Shown here: in pieces, positions 8,989 through 18,771 of the stretch
Numbering within the stretch: the first letter of the stretch is position 1
Layout: the number at the start of each line of letters is the position of its first letter
Notes under the pieces: generated by a model
What the model was told of the DNA's origin: nothing
What the model saw: only the letters and a program-made list of their open reading frames with translations
The model's database searches: none
Made by a program: the position numbers and the translations under genes
NCBI GenBank assembly: GCA_964618715.1
Contig: CAZUDR010000002.1
Location: forward strand, 1-36,419
Reading direction: 5' to 3'
Origin: an uncultured Undibacter sp.
GTDB lineage: Bacteria; Pseudomonadota; Alphaproteobacteria; Rhizobiales; Xanthobacteraceae
Length of the DNA stretch: 36,419 nt

Positions 8989-10926
8989 TCACATCCCGTA
9001 GACGACGCGCCGCTCATTGCTCGCGGTCAGATTCCGGTAGCGCGCCAGCGCCCAGAGCGGAAAGAATTTCCGGTAGCCGTGATAGCGCAGGTAAAAGACG
9101 CGCGGGAAACCGGTGGCGGTAAAACGCTCCTCCTCCCACAAACCGGTCCGGTCCTGCGTGCGCACGAGATAGTCGACCCCGCGCTCCACTGCCGGATGAT
9201 CAACCTGCCCGGCCGCCATCAGCCCGAGCAGCGCCCAGGCGGTCTGTGAGGCCGTGCTCGACGCCTCCTCGTAGCCACGGTAGTCGAGCCTGTAACTGGT
9301 ACCGTCCTCGCCCCAGCCGCCATCGTCGTTCTGGATCGAAACGAGCCAGTCGATCGCCTTGCGCACGGCCGGATGATCACGGCCGAGCCCGCAGGCGTTG
9401 AGCGCGCAGAGCACCGACCAGGTGCCGTAGATATAGTTCATGCCCCAGCGGCCGTACCAGCTCCCGTCGGCAAGCTGCGTGCGGAGCAGAAAATCGACGC
9501 CCTGTTTGAGCACCTCGCTGGTCTCCGGCGTCTCGCCGAGCTGCGCCAGCATGGAGGCGCAGCGCGCGCCGACGTCCTCGGTCGGCGGATCGATCAGCGC
9601 ACCATGGTCGGCGAACGGGATGTTGTTGAGATAGTCGTAGATGTTGTCGACGTCGAAGGCGGCCCAGCCGCCATTCGCGCTCTGCATGCCGTGGATCCAT
9701 TCAGTCGCGCGATCGATGGCGCCGTCAAACTCGTTGCCGGCGCCAGCCGTGCGCCGCGCGCGGTCCATGGCCATCACCACCACCGCGGTGTCGTCGAGAT
9801 CGGGATAATGCGGATTGGCGTACTGGAACGCCCAGCCGCCGGGGCGCAGGCCCGGCCGGCGCGCGATCCAGTCGCCCTCGACGTCGAGCACCTGCAGCGG
9901 CTCCAGCCATTCAAGCCCGCGCCGCGCCTGTTGCTTCGCTTCATCACTGCCCTCTTCGAGCAGCGTGTGGCAGACGAGCGCCGTGTCCCACACCGGCGAC
10001 ACGCAGGGCTGGCAGTAGGCCTCGTCGTCCTTGATGACCAGGAGCTTGTCGAGGGAATCCCGGGCGATCTTCGCCTTCACCGGATCGCCCAGCGCGTCAA
10101 ACATCAGACAGGCGTTGGCCATGGCCGGGAAGATGGCGCCGAGGCCGTCCTCGCCGTTCAGTCGCTCGCTGACGAAATCGACCGCGCGTCGGATCGATCG
10201 TTGCCGCATCCCTTTGGGCGAAAGCCTGACCGCCGGCCGCAGCACCATATCGATCAGCCGGAACGCCGAAAACCAGGTCCACTTCTGGTGCGGCGCCTTG
10301 TGCGGTGGCCCGATCGTCAGTGGCGGCTGCAGAAACAGTTCGTCGATGGTGACGCCGCGCGGATTCTTCGCACGCGGCTGCACCGTCATCAACACCAGCA
10401 GCGGCACGATGACCGTGCGGCCCCAATAGGAAATCTTCGACAGGTGAAACGGAAACCAGGGCGGCAGCAGCATGATCTCGACCGGCATCACCGGCACGCT
10501 TTGCCAGCGCAGGATGCCGAACAGGGAGAGCAGGATGCGGGTAAACACGTTGCTCTCGATGGCGCCGCCACGAGACAGGATCGCTTCACGCGCGCGCTTC
10601 ATATGCGGCGCGTCGATGTCGTCGCCGATCATCTTGAGCGCGAAATAGGCCTTCACGCTGGCGCTCATGTCGAAATCGCCATCGTGGAACAGCGGCCACC
10701 CGCCGTGTTCCGGGCCCTGGACGCGGCGCAGATAGACCGCGATCTTGCGCTCGAGTTCGGTGTCGACGTCTTCGCCGCGGTAGTGCGTCAGCAACACGTA
10801 TTCGGCGGGAATCGTGCAGTCGGCCTCGAGCTCGAAAACCCAGTGTCCGTCCGGACGCTGCAGGGCGAGCAAGGCATCGGTCGCGCTGATTGCGGCCATC
10901 CTGACCGCATCCTGAGACGCGGTCAT
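8989..10926 (-). CDS. shc: Squalene-hopene cyclase (HpnF)
   Basis: YPDLDDTAVV (DxDD), QW repeats (QRPDGHW, QSANGGW, QLADGSW, QNDDGGW), TGFPRVFYLRYHGY. Confidence 0.97.
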   Translation of the reverse strand: MTASQDAVRMAAISATDALLALQRPDGHWVFELEADCTIPAEYVLLTHYRGEDVDTELERKIAVYLRRVQGPEHGGWPLFHDGDFDMSASVKAYFALKMIGDDIDAPHMKRAREAILSRGGAIESNVFTRILLSLFGILRWQSVPVMPVEIMLLPPWFPFHLSKISYWGRTVIVPLLVLMTVQPRAKNPRGVTIDELFLQPPLTIGPPHKAPHQKWTWFSAFRLIDMVLRPAVRLSPKGMRQRSIRRAVDFVSERLNGEDGLGAIFPAMANACLMFDALGDPVKAKIARDSLDKLLVIKDDEAYCQPCVSPVWDTALVCHTLLEEGSDEAKQQARRGLEWLEPLQVLDVEGDWIARRPGLRPGGWAFQYANPHYPDLDDTAVVVMAMDRARRTAGAGNEFDGAIDRATEWIHGMQSANGGWAAFDVDNIYDYLNNIPFADHGALIDPPTEDVGARCASMLAQLGETPETSEVLKQGVDFLLRTQLADGSWYGRWGMNYIYGTWSVLCALNACGLGRDHPAVRKAIDWLVSIQNDDGGWGEDGTSYRLDYRGYEEASSTASQTAWALLGLMAAGQVDHPAVERGVDYLVRTQDRTGLWEEERFTATGFPRVFYLRYHGYRKFFPLWALARYRNLTASNERRVVYGM

Positions 10927-12191
10927 GCGGCCAGCCGTCGGTCGGAAGCGATGAGGCCGGCGGCCCGGTTGCCCGAGCGCACGGCACCCTCGAGCGTCGC
11001 CGGCAATCCGGTATCGGTCCAGTCACCGGCCAGCAACAGATTATTCCATTGCGTGACCGGACCGGGGCGTCTGGCATTTTCTTCCGGCGTCGCGGCAAAC
11101 GTCGCGCGGCGCTCGCGTACGAGCTGCCAGGGAGGCAGTCCGGACGGCAGCTTCAGGACTTCGGCAACTTCACGCCAGATATCGCGGGCAAGTTGTTCGC
11201 GCGGCGTGTCAAACCATTCGCCGGCATCGCTGATGGTGACCGCGATCCGGCCAGGGAATGCAAAAATCCATTCGCTCATGGCATTGACCAGCCCGATCAG
11301 TGTCGGCGCGGTGGATGGCGGATCGATCCGGAAATGCGCATTGACGATCCCCCGGAACGACGACGGGGCATTCAGGCCGGGCAAGAGATTCTGCGCGGCA
11401 TAGGATGGCACTGCCAGGATGATGCGATCGTCGCTGCCGAGCGGCACCGTTTTGCCTGCAAACACCAGGTCACTTACGCGGCCGCCGTCGAAACGCAATT
11501 CGTGCAACGGATGCTCGAGGGCGACCGTGACGCCTCGCGCCTGCAGCCATGCAATGGCGGGTTCGACAAACGCCTTGCCGATCCCTTCACGCGCGATCAG
11601 CGGATGGCAGGCCTGGCCGCCAAGCGCCAGCGTCTCGCGCACCAGCGCGCTGGCCAGTTTGGCCGAACCGTCCCTGGGCTTGATATTCAGCGCCGCCAGG
11701 AAGAACGGCTCCAGCAGCCGCTGATAAAGCGGTCCGCCGCAATCGATCACCTCCCTGAGCGGTTTGTCCTCGGACGCCCAGATCAGCCGCGCCAGCGGGA
11801 GATAGTCCAAGGGCCGGGTGCCGGGAACGCGGGCGTTCCTGTTGAACACCCACCACGGAAACATGCCGCTGTTGAGCCGCAGCATCCAGCGCACCCCGTC
11901 CGCCAGATCGATAAAGGCAAAGTCGGACGGCATCTCGTCCAGCGTGGCCGCTCCGCCGGTGGTGCGCGCATAATCGAGCACCGCGCGGTTGCCGGACAGC
12001 ACCAGGTGGGTCCCGTTGTCGATGACCATCCCCGTCTGCTGGTCGTAGTAGGAGCGGCAGCGCCCGCCCGGCTGGTTGGTGGCCTCGTGCACGATGATGC
12101 GGCGACCGCTGTCGGCCAGACGCACGGCGGCCGCGAGGCCGGCCAGGCCGGCGCCGATAATGTGGACCGTGCCCGCATCAAATGATCGCAT
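10923..12191 (-). CDS. hpnE: Hydroxysqualene dehydroxylase, FAD-dependent
   Basis: IIGAGLAGLAAA, GGRCRSYYD, IDNGTHLVLSGN, LAGDWTDTGLPATLEGAVRSG; ATGA overlap with shc. Alternative TTG start at 12203. Confidence 0.92.
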   Translation of the reverse strand: MRSFDAGTVHIIGAGLAGLAAAVRLADSGRRIIVHEATNQPGGRCRSYYDQQTGMVIDNGTHLVLSGNRAVLDYARTTGGAATLDEMPSDFAFIDLADGVRWMLRLNSGMFPWWVFNRNARVPGTRPLDYLPLARLIWASEDKPLREVIDCGGPLYQRLLEPFFLAALNIKPRDGSAKLASALVRETLALGGQACHPLIAREGIGKAFVEPAIAWLQARGVTVALEHPLHELRFDGGRVSDLVFAGKTVPLGSDDRIILAVPSYAAQNLLPGLNAPSSFRGIVNAHFRIDPPSTAPTLIGLVNAMSEWIFAFPGRIAVTISDAGEWFDTPREQLARDIWREVAEVLKLPSGLPPWQLVRERRATFAATPEENARRPGPVTQWNNLLLAGDWTDTGLPATLEGAVRSGNRAAGLIASDRRLAA

Positions 12192-13017
12192 AACGCAACG
12201 CAATTCCTATGAGATGCGGCTTGCTGACGCGCACGCGGGTGCGCGGGGGTGCCCAGCCGCGCGCGATCATGCCATCGAGCATCTTGCGGTAGGCCTTTTC
12301 CATCAGCCGCGGCGCCTTGACCAGCCGGCGCGGGCAACGCGCCATGATGGCATCGGCTTCCTTGAAGTGATCGCGCGCGCGCTCGACCACATGGGCGCAG
12401 GCCGTGGCGAGATCGGGGTTGGCCGCGACGGCCTCCGGATCGCCGCTCTCGATGCCGGCGCGTTGCAGCGCCTCGCAGGGAAGATAGAGCCGTCCGATCC
12501 CGGCGTCCTCGTCGATGTCGCGCAGGATATTGGTGAGCTGCAACGCGCGGCCGAGATGATGGGCGAGCGCCGGGCCATCAGTTTCATTGAGACCGAACAC
12601 GCGCACGGACAGCCGCCCGACGGCGCTGGCGACCCGGTCGCAATAAAGATCGAGCGTCTCCCACGACGGCGCGCGGATGTCTTCCTTCGCGTCCATCTCG
12701 ACGCCGTCGATCACCGCCATGAAATCGTCCTGCCGCAGGCCGAACTGCTTGATGGTGCGGGCAAGCGCTTCAAGCCCCGCGGGTACGTCGCCCGCATAAA
12801 GCGCCGCAATATTGTCGCGCCAGTCATTGAGGCGCGCGATCCGCTGTTCGCGCGAAATTCCCCCGGTATCGGCAATGTCGTCCACCGCCTTGCAAAACGC
12901 ATAGATCTCGAACATCGCCTCGCGCTGCTCGCGCGGCAGGACGCGCATGGCAAGATAGAAGGAACTGCCGCGCGCGCGGCTGGCAGCCTCCGGACTGGTC
13001 TGCGCGGCCTGCTGCAT
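12178..13017 (-). CDS. hpnD: Presqualene diphosphate synthase
   Basis: GSSFYLAMR, VDDIAD, YCDRVASAVG, LQLTNILRDIDED; ATG at 13017 after GGAGG. Confidence 0.93.
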   Translation of the reverse strand: MQQAAQTSPEAASRARGSSFYLAMRVLPREQREAMFEIYAFCKAVDDIADTGGISREQRIARLNDWRDNIAALYAGDVPAGLEALARTIKQFGLRQDDFMAVIDGVEMDAKEDIRAPSWETLDLYCDRVASAVGRLSVRVFGLNETDGPALAHHLGRALQLTNILRDIDEDAGIGRLYLPCEALQRAGIESGDPEAVAANPDLATACAHVVERARDHFKEADAIMARCPRRLVKAPRLMEKAYRKMLDGMIARGWAPPRTRVRVSKPHLIGIALRYAII

Positions 13018-13018
13018 G

Positions 13019-13903
13019 TCAGGACCTCCACGCCTGCGGACCGTAGACCGGGGCGCCACGGCCAAGGAGGCGACGCACGCGAATGCCGGCGGCGGCGCCG
13101 AGGCCGGTCATCAGCATCTGCGATTTGCCCAGATGCACGCGCTCACTGAGCGGGTCGCGCGCCTGCAACAGCGTTACAAGCCGTTCGGCGAGCCGCTGTA
13201 TGGCGGCGATCTCCATGGCCAGGCGCGCGTCGACGACCATGGAAGGAAAACCGCGGCTCTGCTCCAGCAGCTGCGCGGTGCGGCGGGCGATGCCATGCAG
13301 GCATTCCTTCAGCGCGGGGCTGGCACGCGCCTCGCCGAGCGCCTCGACGCCGAGACCGTGGGCGGACAGCGCGTCTGTCGGGACATACACGCGATCGAGG
13401 TTGCGGTAGTCGGCGCCGCAATCCTGCAGATGATTGATGATCTGCAGGGCAGCGCACAGTGCATCATTGGCGGCCCAGGTCGCCTGCGACTCGCCGTGCA
13501 CGTCGAGCACGAAGCGGCCGACCGGCATGGCCGACAGGCGGCAATAGCCGATCAGGTCGTCCCAGTCGGCGTAACGCAGCTTGGTCACGTCCTGGCGGAA
13601 GGCATTCAGGAGGTCGAGCGCGTGCTGTGGCGACAGGGCACGGTCATGCAACACGCCGCGCAGGCGCACACCCTCCGGCTCCTCGTCGGTCGCGCCTGTG
13701 AGACTCGCGTCCAGCCGGTCGAGGTGTGCCAGCTTGTCCCCGGCAGACATCGAGGAATGATCGGCGATATCATCGGCGGTGCGCACGAAATCGTAAAAGG
13801 CAAGGATCGCCGGCCGGTGCTGCGGCCGGATGAGCCAGGACGCGACCGGAAAATTCTCGTCGCCTGCCCCCTTGCCGGAACGGAATTGTGCACTGGTGCT
13901 CAT
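13019..13903 (-). CDS. hpnC: Hydroxysqualene synthase
   Basis: SGKGAGDENFPVAS, ADDIAD, YCRLSAMPVGR, LQIINHLQDC. The likely start is the ATG at 13903 (ATGA overlap with hpnB), not 14344. Confidence 0.92.
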   Translation of the reverse strand: MSTSAQFRSGKGAGDENFPVASWLIRPQHRPAILAFYDFVRTADDIADHSSMSAGDKLAHLDRLDASLTGATDEEPEGVRLRGVLHDRALSPQHALDLLNAFRQDVTKLRYADWDDLIGYCRLSAMPVGRFVLDVHGESQATWAANDALCAALQIINHLQDCGADYRNLDRVYVPTDALSAHGLGVEALGEARASPALKECLHGIARRTAQLLEQSRGFPSMVVDARLAMEIAAIQRLAERLVTLLQARDPLSERVHLGKSQMLMTGLGAAAGIRVRRLLGRGAPVYGPQAWRS

Positions 13904-15051
13904 TGCAGGCTTGGCGCGCCGGCATGGACGCGTCCCTTCCACTCTCCGCCGCGCCGGCGCAGATGCTGCCAGGCGGAGTCGAGCGTATAAAACATGTAGA
14001 GCAGCGCGATGCCCGGCAGCGCGATGCCCCACAGCGGTGACAGCCGGTAGAAGCGGAGTATCGGCTGGAACGACAGCGCCATCAGCAGCCAGACCGCCAG
14101 CGCGAGCCAGCGCGCGAGCCCCTCGGAAAAAATCGCCAACAGAGGCGGCGCGACAAAGACCAGCGCCATGCCGACGGTGGTCGCGGCGAGCAGCCACGGC
14201 GAATAGCCGAGCTGCGCATAGGCGGTGCGCGAGATCGTCTGCCGCACCTGGGCCAGTCCCGCATAGGGGCGCAGGCTGTGCACGCGTTCCGTCAGCCCCA
14301 GCCAGATCGGACCGACGGCTTTCAGTTTTGCGGCCAGCGAGCAATCGTCGATCAGGGCATTGCGCACGCTGGCGATGCCGCCGATCGCGTGCAATGCATC
14401 GGTGCGGATGAGCATGCAGCCACCGGCCGCCGCTGCCGTGCCTTTGCGGGGCCGGTTGACCCAGCGGAAGGGAAACAGCATCTCGAAGAAGTACACAAAG
14501 GCCGGAACGTGGCTGCGCTCCGCGAGGGTCTCGCAGCGCAGCCTGGCCATCAGCGACGTCAGCACGGCGCCGGAAGCGCAGGCCCGCGCAACCAGCGACG
14601 ACAGGCTGTCGGGCGCGTGCACAATGTCTGCATCAGTGAGCAGGATAAACTCCGGCTTCCCGGCGACGGACTCAGCAGCGTCGACGCCCTGCTTCAGCGC
14701 CCACAGTTTGCCGGTCCAGCCGGGTGGCGGCCCCTCGCCGCGCAGAACGGTCAATGCGCGACCGGAGCGCGCTGCCGCGCGCGCGCCGTCGCCTGTGCCG
14801 TCGGTTGAATCGTCATCGACAACGATAACGGTGAGCGGTCCGGAATAGTCCTGGTCAAGCAATGAAGCGACACTCGCGCCGATGAAGTCGGCCTCGTTGC
14901 GCGCCGGGATCACCACCGTCACCCGCGGCCAGCGGCCGGGGTCGGGCAGACGCGCGGTGTCGCGCACAGATGCCATCCAGAACAAGCCACGGGCGGCGAT
15001 CAGATACGCCCAGAGCGCCAGGCAAATTGCAGCGACGGCGAGGACTGACAT
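13900..15051 (-). CDS. hpnB: Hopanoid-associated GT2 glycosyltransferase
   Basis: VIPARNEA, VDDDSTDGT, GWTGKLWA, LTDADI, AAAAGGCML, LIDDC; C-terminal TM helices. Confidence 0.88.
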   Translation of the reverse strand: MSVLAVAAICLALWAYLIAARGLFWMASVRDTARLPDPGRWPRVTVVIPARNEADFIGASVASLLDQDYSGPLTVIVVDDDSTDGTGDGARAAARSGRALTVLRGEGPPPGWTGKLWALKQGVDAAESVAGKPEFILLTDADIVHAPDSLSSLVARACASGAVLTSLMARLRCETLAERSHVPAFVYFFEMLFPFRWVNRPRKGTAAAAGGCMLIRTDALHAIGGIASVRNALIDDCSLAAKLKAVGPIWLGLTERVHSLRPYAGLAQVRQTISRTAYAQLGYSPWLLAATTVGMALVFVAPPLLAIFSEGLARWLALAVWLLMALSFQPILRFYRLSPLWGIALPGIALLYMFYTLDSAWQHLRRRGGEWKGRVHAGAPSLQ

Positions 15052-15358
15052 GGATCGACGGGATCCGCGCGCATGAGTGTGTTTGGTCCAGCCCCCGGTT
15101 CACGGGGGTAGTTCAGTATTGTGCCGGACCAGCCATGGGGCCCAAATAGCCAAAAAACGGGTACGACGCCATGCAGACCTGATTCGGTCGTCCGGCGCCG
15201 CCTTGCCCGCATGCCGGGCCTTCCGGACGGGACCGGACCTCACCGCTGCAGCGGCTACCAAGGCAGGACGCGGCGGTTGGCAGACCGTCGGGCACTCCGC
15301 TTGATCGCCTGTATGGGAAGGAGGATAGTCGGCGCGACCGCACCGGGGGACCCCAGCC

Positions 15359-16507
15359 ATGCCGATCGCCGCGGACCTGTGGCGCTGGACAGCAGATCTG
15401 CTGCTGGCCGGATCGATCCTCGGCTGTCTCTATCTGGTGACCGCCAGCCTCCTTGTCCTTCGTCACCGCCGCTCGCCGGCGTCGGAGGCATCGCCCGTCC
15501 CGGTGACCGTTCTGGTGCCACTGTGCGGGACCGAGCCGCGGCTTGCCCAGCTGCTGCGTGTCCTTTGCCAGCAAGACTATGCGGCCCCGGTGCAGATCGT
15601 CTGCGGGGCCCGCAGCGACACGGACCCTGCCCTCGCAGTCGCCCGGCAACTCGCCGCCGGGGACCCCGGGCAACGCATCGAGGTGCACGTCCACCCGCAA
15701 ATTCACGGCCTCAACCTGAAAGTATCCAACCAGATCAACCTGGCGCAGCACGCCCGTCACGACACCCTGGTCATGGTCGACAGCGACGTCGAGATCACGC
15801 GTGACTTTCTTTCCGGCATGATTGCCGAACTGCAGAAGCCGGGCGTCGGTATCGTCAGCTGTCTCTATCACGGCGTCGCCACGGACGATGTCTGGGCGAG
15901 GCTCGGGGCTTCGGGTGTCAACACGCATTTCCTGCCCAATGCCATCGTCGCATTGCGCTTCCGGCTGGAGCGGCCGTGCTTTGGCGCCGGCATGGCGATC
16001 TCGCATGACACGCTCCGGCGCATCGGCGGCCTCGAGGCATTCGCCGATCAGCTCTGGGAGGACTACGCGATCGGGAAAGCGATCCGGGCGGCGGGGCTCG
16101 AGGTCGCGCACCCGCGATTCACCCTCGGTCATGTCTATGCCGGGGGCTCCGGTCGTGACCTGGTGATGAGCCAGATCCGCGAGGCGCGTACGATCCGCGG
16201 CATCAACCCGGCGGGTCACGCAGGTACTATCGTGACCCATCCGTTTCCGCTGGCATTGACCGCCCTGCTGATCGGGGGTGGCAGCCAGGCGCTCGCGGTG
16301 GCGCTCATCGCACTCGGCTGCCGGACCGCGGTAGGCTGGTGCGCGGGAACGCGCTTTGGCGCGCGGCCCCTGCAGTTCTGGCTGATGCCGGTGCGCGACA
16401 TGCTGTCGTTCACGGCCTACGTCGCCAGTTTCTTCGGCGGCACGGTGACGTGGCGGGGAGAGCGTCATCGGCTGTATGATGGCAAACTGGTTCAGGATCC
16501 CGGGTAA
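15359..16507 (+). CDS. hpnI: Bacteriohopanetetrol glucosamine biosynthesis glycosyltransferase
   Basis: Ceramide-glucosyltransferase-like: HGLNLKVSNQIN, VDSDV, VSCLY, EDYAIG, VTWRG; precedes hpnJ. Confidence 0.87.
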   Translation: MPIAADLWRWTADLLLAGSILGCLYLVTASLLVLRHRRSPASEASPVPVTVLVPLCGTEPRLAQLLRVLCQQDYAAPVQIVCGARSDTDPALAVARQLAAGDPGQRIEVHVHPQIHGLNLKVSNQINLAQHARHDTLVMVDSDVEITRDFLSGMIAELQKPGVGIVSCLYHGVATDDVWARLGASGVNTHFLPNAIVALRFRLERPCFGAGMAISHDTLRRIGGLEAFADQLWEDYAIGKAIRAAGLEVAHPRFTLGHVYAGGSGRDLVMSQIREARTIRGINPAGHAGTIVTHPFPLALTALLIGGGSQALAVALIALGCRTAVGWCAGTRFGARPLQFWLMPVRDMLSFTAYVASFFGGTVTWRGERHRLYDGKLVQDPG

Positions 16508-16517
16508 GCACAGGCCG

Positions 16518-17945
16518 ATGCGTACGCTATTTCTGCAGGCTCCCTCATTCGAAGGCTTTGACGGCGGTGCCGGCTCGCGATACCAGGCCCGGCGCGAGAT
16601 CAGGTCCTACTGGTATCCGACCTGGCTCGCCCAGCTTGCCGCGCTTGTGCCCGACAGCAAGCTGATCGACGCTCCGCCGCACGACATCAAACTCGGCGAA
16701 ATCACTGCCGGGGCCGACCGCTACGACCTGGCGGTCATCTACAGTTCCACGCCTTCCTTCGGTTCCGACGTGCGGACGGCGGAAGCGCTGAAGGCAGCCA
16801 ACCCGCGCCTCAAGGTCGGCATGGTCGGCGCCAACATCGCCATCGACCCGCGCGCCAATCTCGAGAAGGCGACGCCGGTCGATTTTGTCACCGGCAAGGA
16901 GTTCGATTTCGCAATCAAGGAGATTGCGGAAGGCCGTGACTGGAGCGAAATCGCCGGCCTCGTCTACCGCGACCGCGACGGCACGATCTGCCAGAACGAG
17001 GACCGGGCACTGCTCGAGCAGATGGACGATCTGCCTTTCGTCACGCCGATCTATAAACGCGATCTCGATATCAGCAACTATTTCATCGGCTATCTGAAAC
17101 ATCCCTACGTGTCGTTCTATACAGGACGCGGGTGCAAATCGCGCTGCACCTTCTGTCTCTGGCCGCAGACCGTGGGCGGGCACGTTTACCGGACGCGCAG
17201 CGTCAGGCACGTGGTCGAGGAAGTTGCCTGGACGCAAAAGGAATTGCCCCAGGTGAAGGAGATCTTCTTCGACGACGATACATTCACCGACAATCCGCAA
17301 CGCGCGCAGGAAATCGCCCGCGAGCTTGGCAAGCTCGGCGTCACATGGTCATGCAACGCCAAGGCCAATGTCAGCCGTGAGACGCTGAAGGTCATGCGCG
17401 ACAACGGTTTGCGTCTGCTGCTGGTCGGCTACGAATCGGGCAATCAGCAGATCCTGCACAACATCAAGAAGGGCATGCGCATCGAGGTGGCCAAGCGTTT
17501 CACCAGGGACTGCCATGATCTCGGCATTACAATCCACGGTACGTTTATCCTCGGTTTGCCCGGCGAGACGCGCGAGACCATCCAGGAGACCATCCGTTTC
17601 GCCCGCGAGATCAACCCGCACACCCTGCAGGTGTCGCTGGCCGCGCCCTATCCGGGCACGTTCCTCTACAAGCAGGCGGTCGAGAACGGCTGGCTCGACA
17701 CCGGCAATGCCGAGCTGGTCGACGGCCATGGCGTGCAGATTGCGCCGCTGCATTATCCGCACCTGAGTCACTCCGAGATTTTCCAGTCGGTGGAAGAGTT
17801 CTACCGGCGCTTCTACCTGCGGGTGCCGAAGATCGCCTCCATCGTCGCCGAGATGGCGACAAGCCGGGAAACCATGCAGCGGCGGCTGCGTGAGGCGGTC
17901 GAGTTCTTCGCTTTCCTGCGCGAACGCCGCGGGGTCGAGCTCTGA
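16518..17945 (+). CDS. hpnJ: Hopanoid radical SAM protein (cyclitol ether formation)
   Basis: MRTLFLQAPSFEGFDGGAGSRYQARREIRSYWYPTWLAQ; GRGCKSRCTFCLWPQT (CxxxCxxC). Confidence 0.94.
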   Translation: MRTLFLQAPSFEGFDGGAGSRYQARREIRSYWYPTWLAQLAALVPDSKLIDAPPHDIKLGEITAGADRYDLAVIYSSTPSFGSDVRTAEALKAANPRLKVGMVGANIAIDPRANLEKATPVDFVTGKEFDFAIKEIAEGRDWSEIAGLVYRDRDGTICQNEDRALLEQMDDLPFVTPIYKRDLDISNYFIGYLKHPYVSFYTGRGCKSRCTFCLWPQTVGGHVYRTRSVRHVVEEVAWTQKELPQVKEIFFDDDTFTDNPQRAQEIARELGKLGVTWSCNAKANVSRETLKVMRDNGLRLLLVGYESGNQQILHNIKKGMRIEVAKRFTRDCHDLGITIHGTFILGLPGETRETIQETIRFAREINPHTLQVSLAAPYPGTFLYKQAVENGWLDTGNAELVDGHGVQIAPLHYPHLSHSEIFQSVEEFYRRFYLRVPKIASIVAEMATSRETMQRRLREAVEFFAFLRERRGVEL

Positions 17946-18754
17946 ATGCGCTGGTGATCACGGCCGACGACTTCGGCCTGGCCAAGGAGGTCAACGAGGC
18001 GGTCGAGCTGGCGCACCGTCAGGGCGTGCTGACCGCGGCAAGCCTGATGGTGGCGGGACCCGCTGCCGCCGATGCGGTCGCGGTCGCGCGACGCAATCCC
18101 GGGCTCAGGGTGGGTTTGCATCTGGTTCTGGTCGACGGCGCACCCGTGTCGGCGCCCGAGCTCATCCCCAACCTGCTCGATTCGGGGGGGCGCCTGCATT
18201 CAGGCATGGCGCGCCTTGGCGTCGCCCTGACGCTGCGGCCGGAGTTGCGGCGCCAGCTGCGGCGGGAGATTGCCGCCCAGTTCCGCGCCTATCAGCGCAC
18301 CGGCCTGCCGCTCGACCACGTCAATGCCCACAAGCACTACCACCTGCACCCGATCGTCGCGCAGCAGGTGCTGTCGGCCGGCCGCGATTTCGGCGTCACG
18401 GCCCTGCGGGTGCCGCGCGAACCGCATGCGCGCGGCCTCGCACCGTGGACCGCGCTGCTGCAGATGCGCGCGCGCCGCGCCGGCCTGCTGACTCCGGATG
18501 CTGTATTCGGCCTGCGCTGGTCGGGCGGCATGACGGCCGACCGTCTTGGTGAGGTCTTGCGTGGCCTTCCGGCAGGGCTGGTCGAGATCTATACGCATCC
18601 GGCCACAGCGGAATCGTTTGAAGGGCACGCCGCCGGCTACCGCTACCGCGACGAACTGGCGGCCTTGTGCGATCCCGACGTCGTTCACGCCGTGCGTCAA
18701 AGCGGCCGCACCCTGGGCGGCTATGCGGATGTGCCGCGCAAGGCGGCGGCCTGA
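17942..18754 (+). CDS. hpnK: Hopanoid deacetylase, YdjC family
   Basis: ITADDFGL, VGLHLVLVDG, LDHVNAHKHYHLHP, EIYTHPA. The start is either CTG at 17942 (CTGA overlap with hpnJ) or GTG at 17954. Confidence 0.88.
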   Translation: MNALVITADDFGLAKEVNEAVELAHRQGVLTAASLMVAGPAAADAVAVARRNPGLRVGLHLVLVDGAPVSAPELIPNLLDSGGRLHSGMARLGVALTLRPELRRQLRREIAAQFRAYQRTGLPLDHVNAHKHYHLHPIVAQQVLSAGRDFGVTALRVPREPHARGLAPWTALLQMRARRAGLLTPDAVFGLRWSGGMTADRLGEVLRGLPAGLVEIYTHPATAESFEGHAAGYRYRDELAALCDPDVVHAVRQSGRTLGGYADVPRKAAA

Positions 18755-18771
18755 ACCAGCGGCGGCCTGGG

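Noticed and set aside
13904-14344. N-terminal extensions of HpnC (and likewise of the ECH at 28509..28727)
   Set aside because: They overlap the upstream genes in another frame; coupled ATG starts exist at 13903 and 28508.
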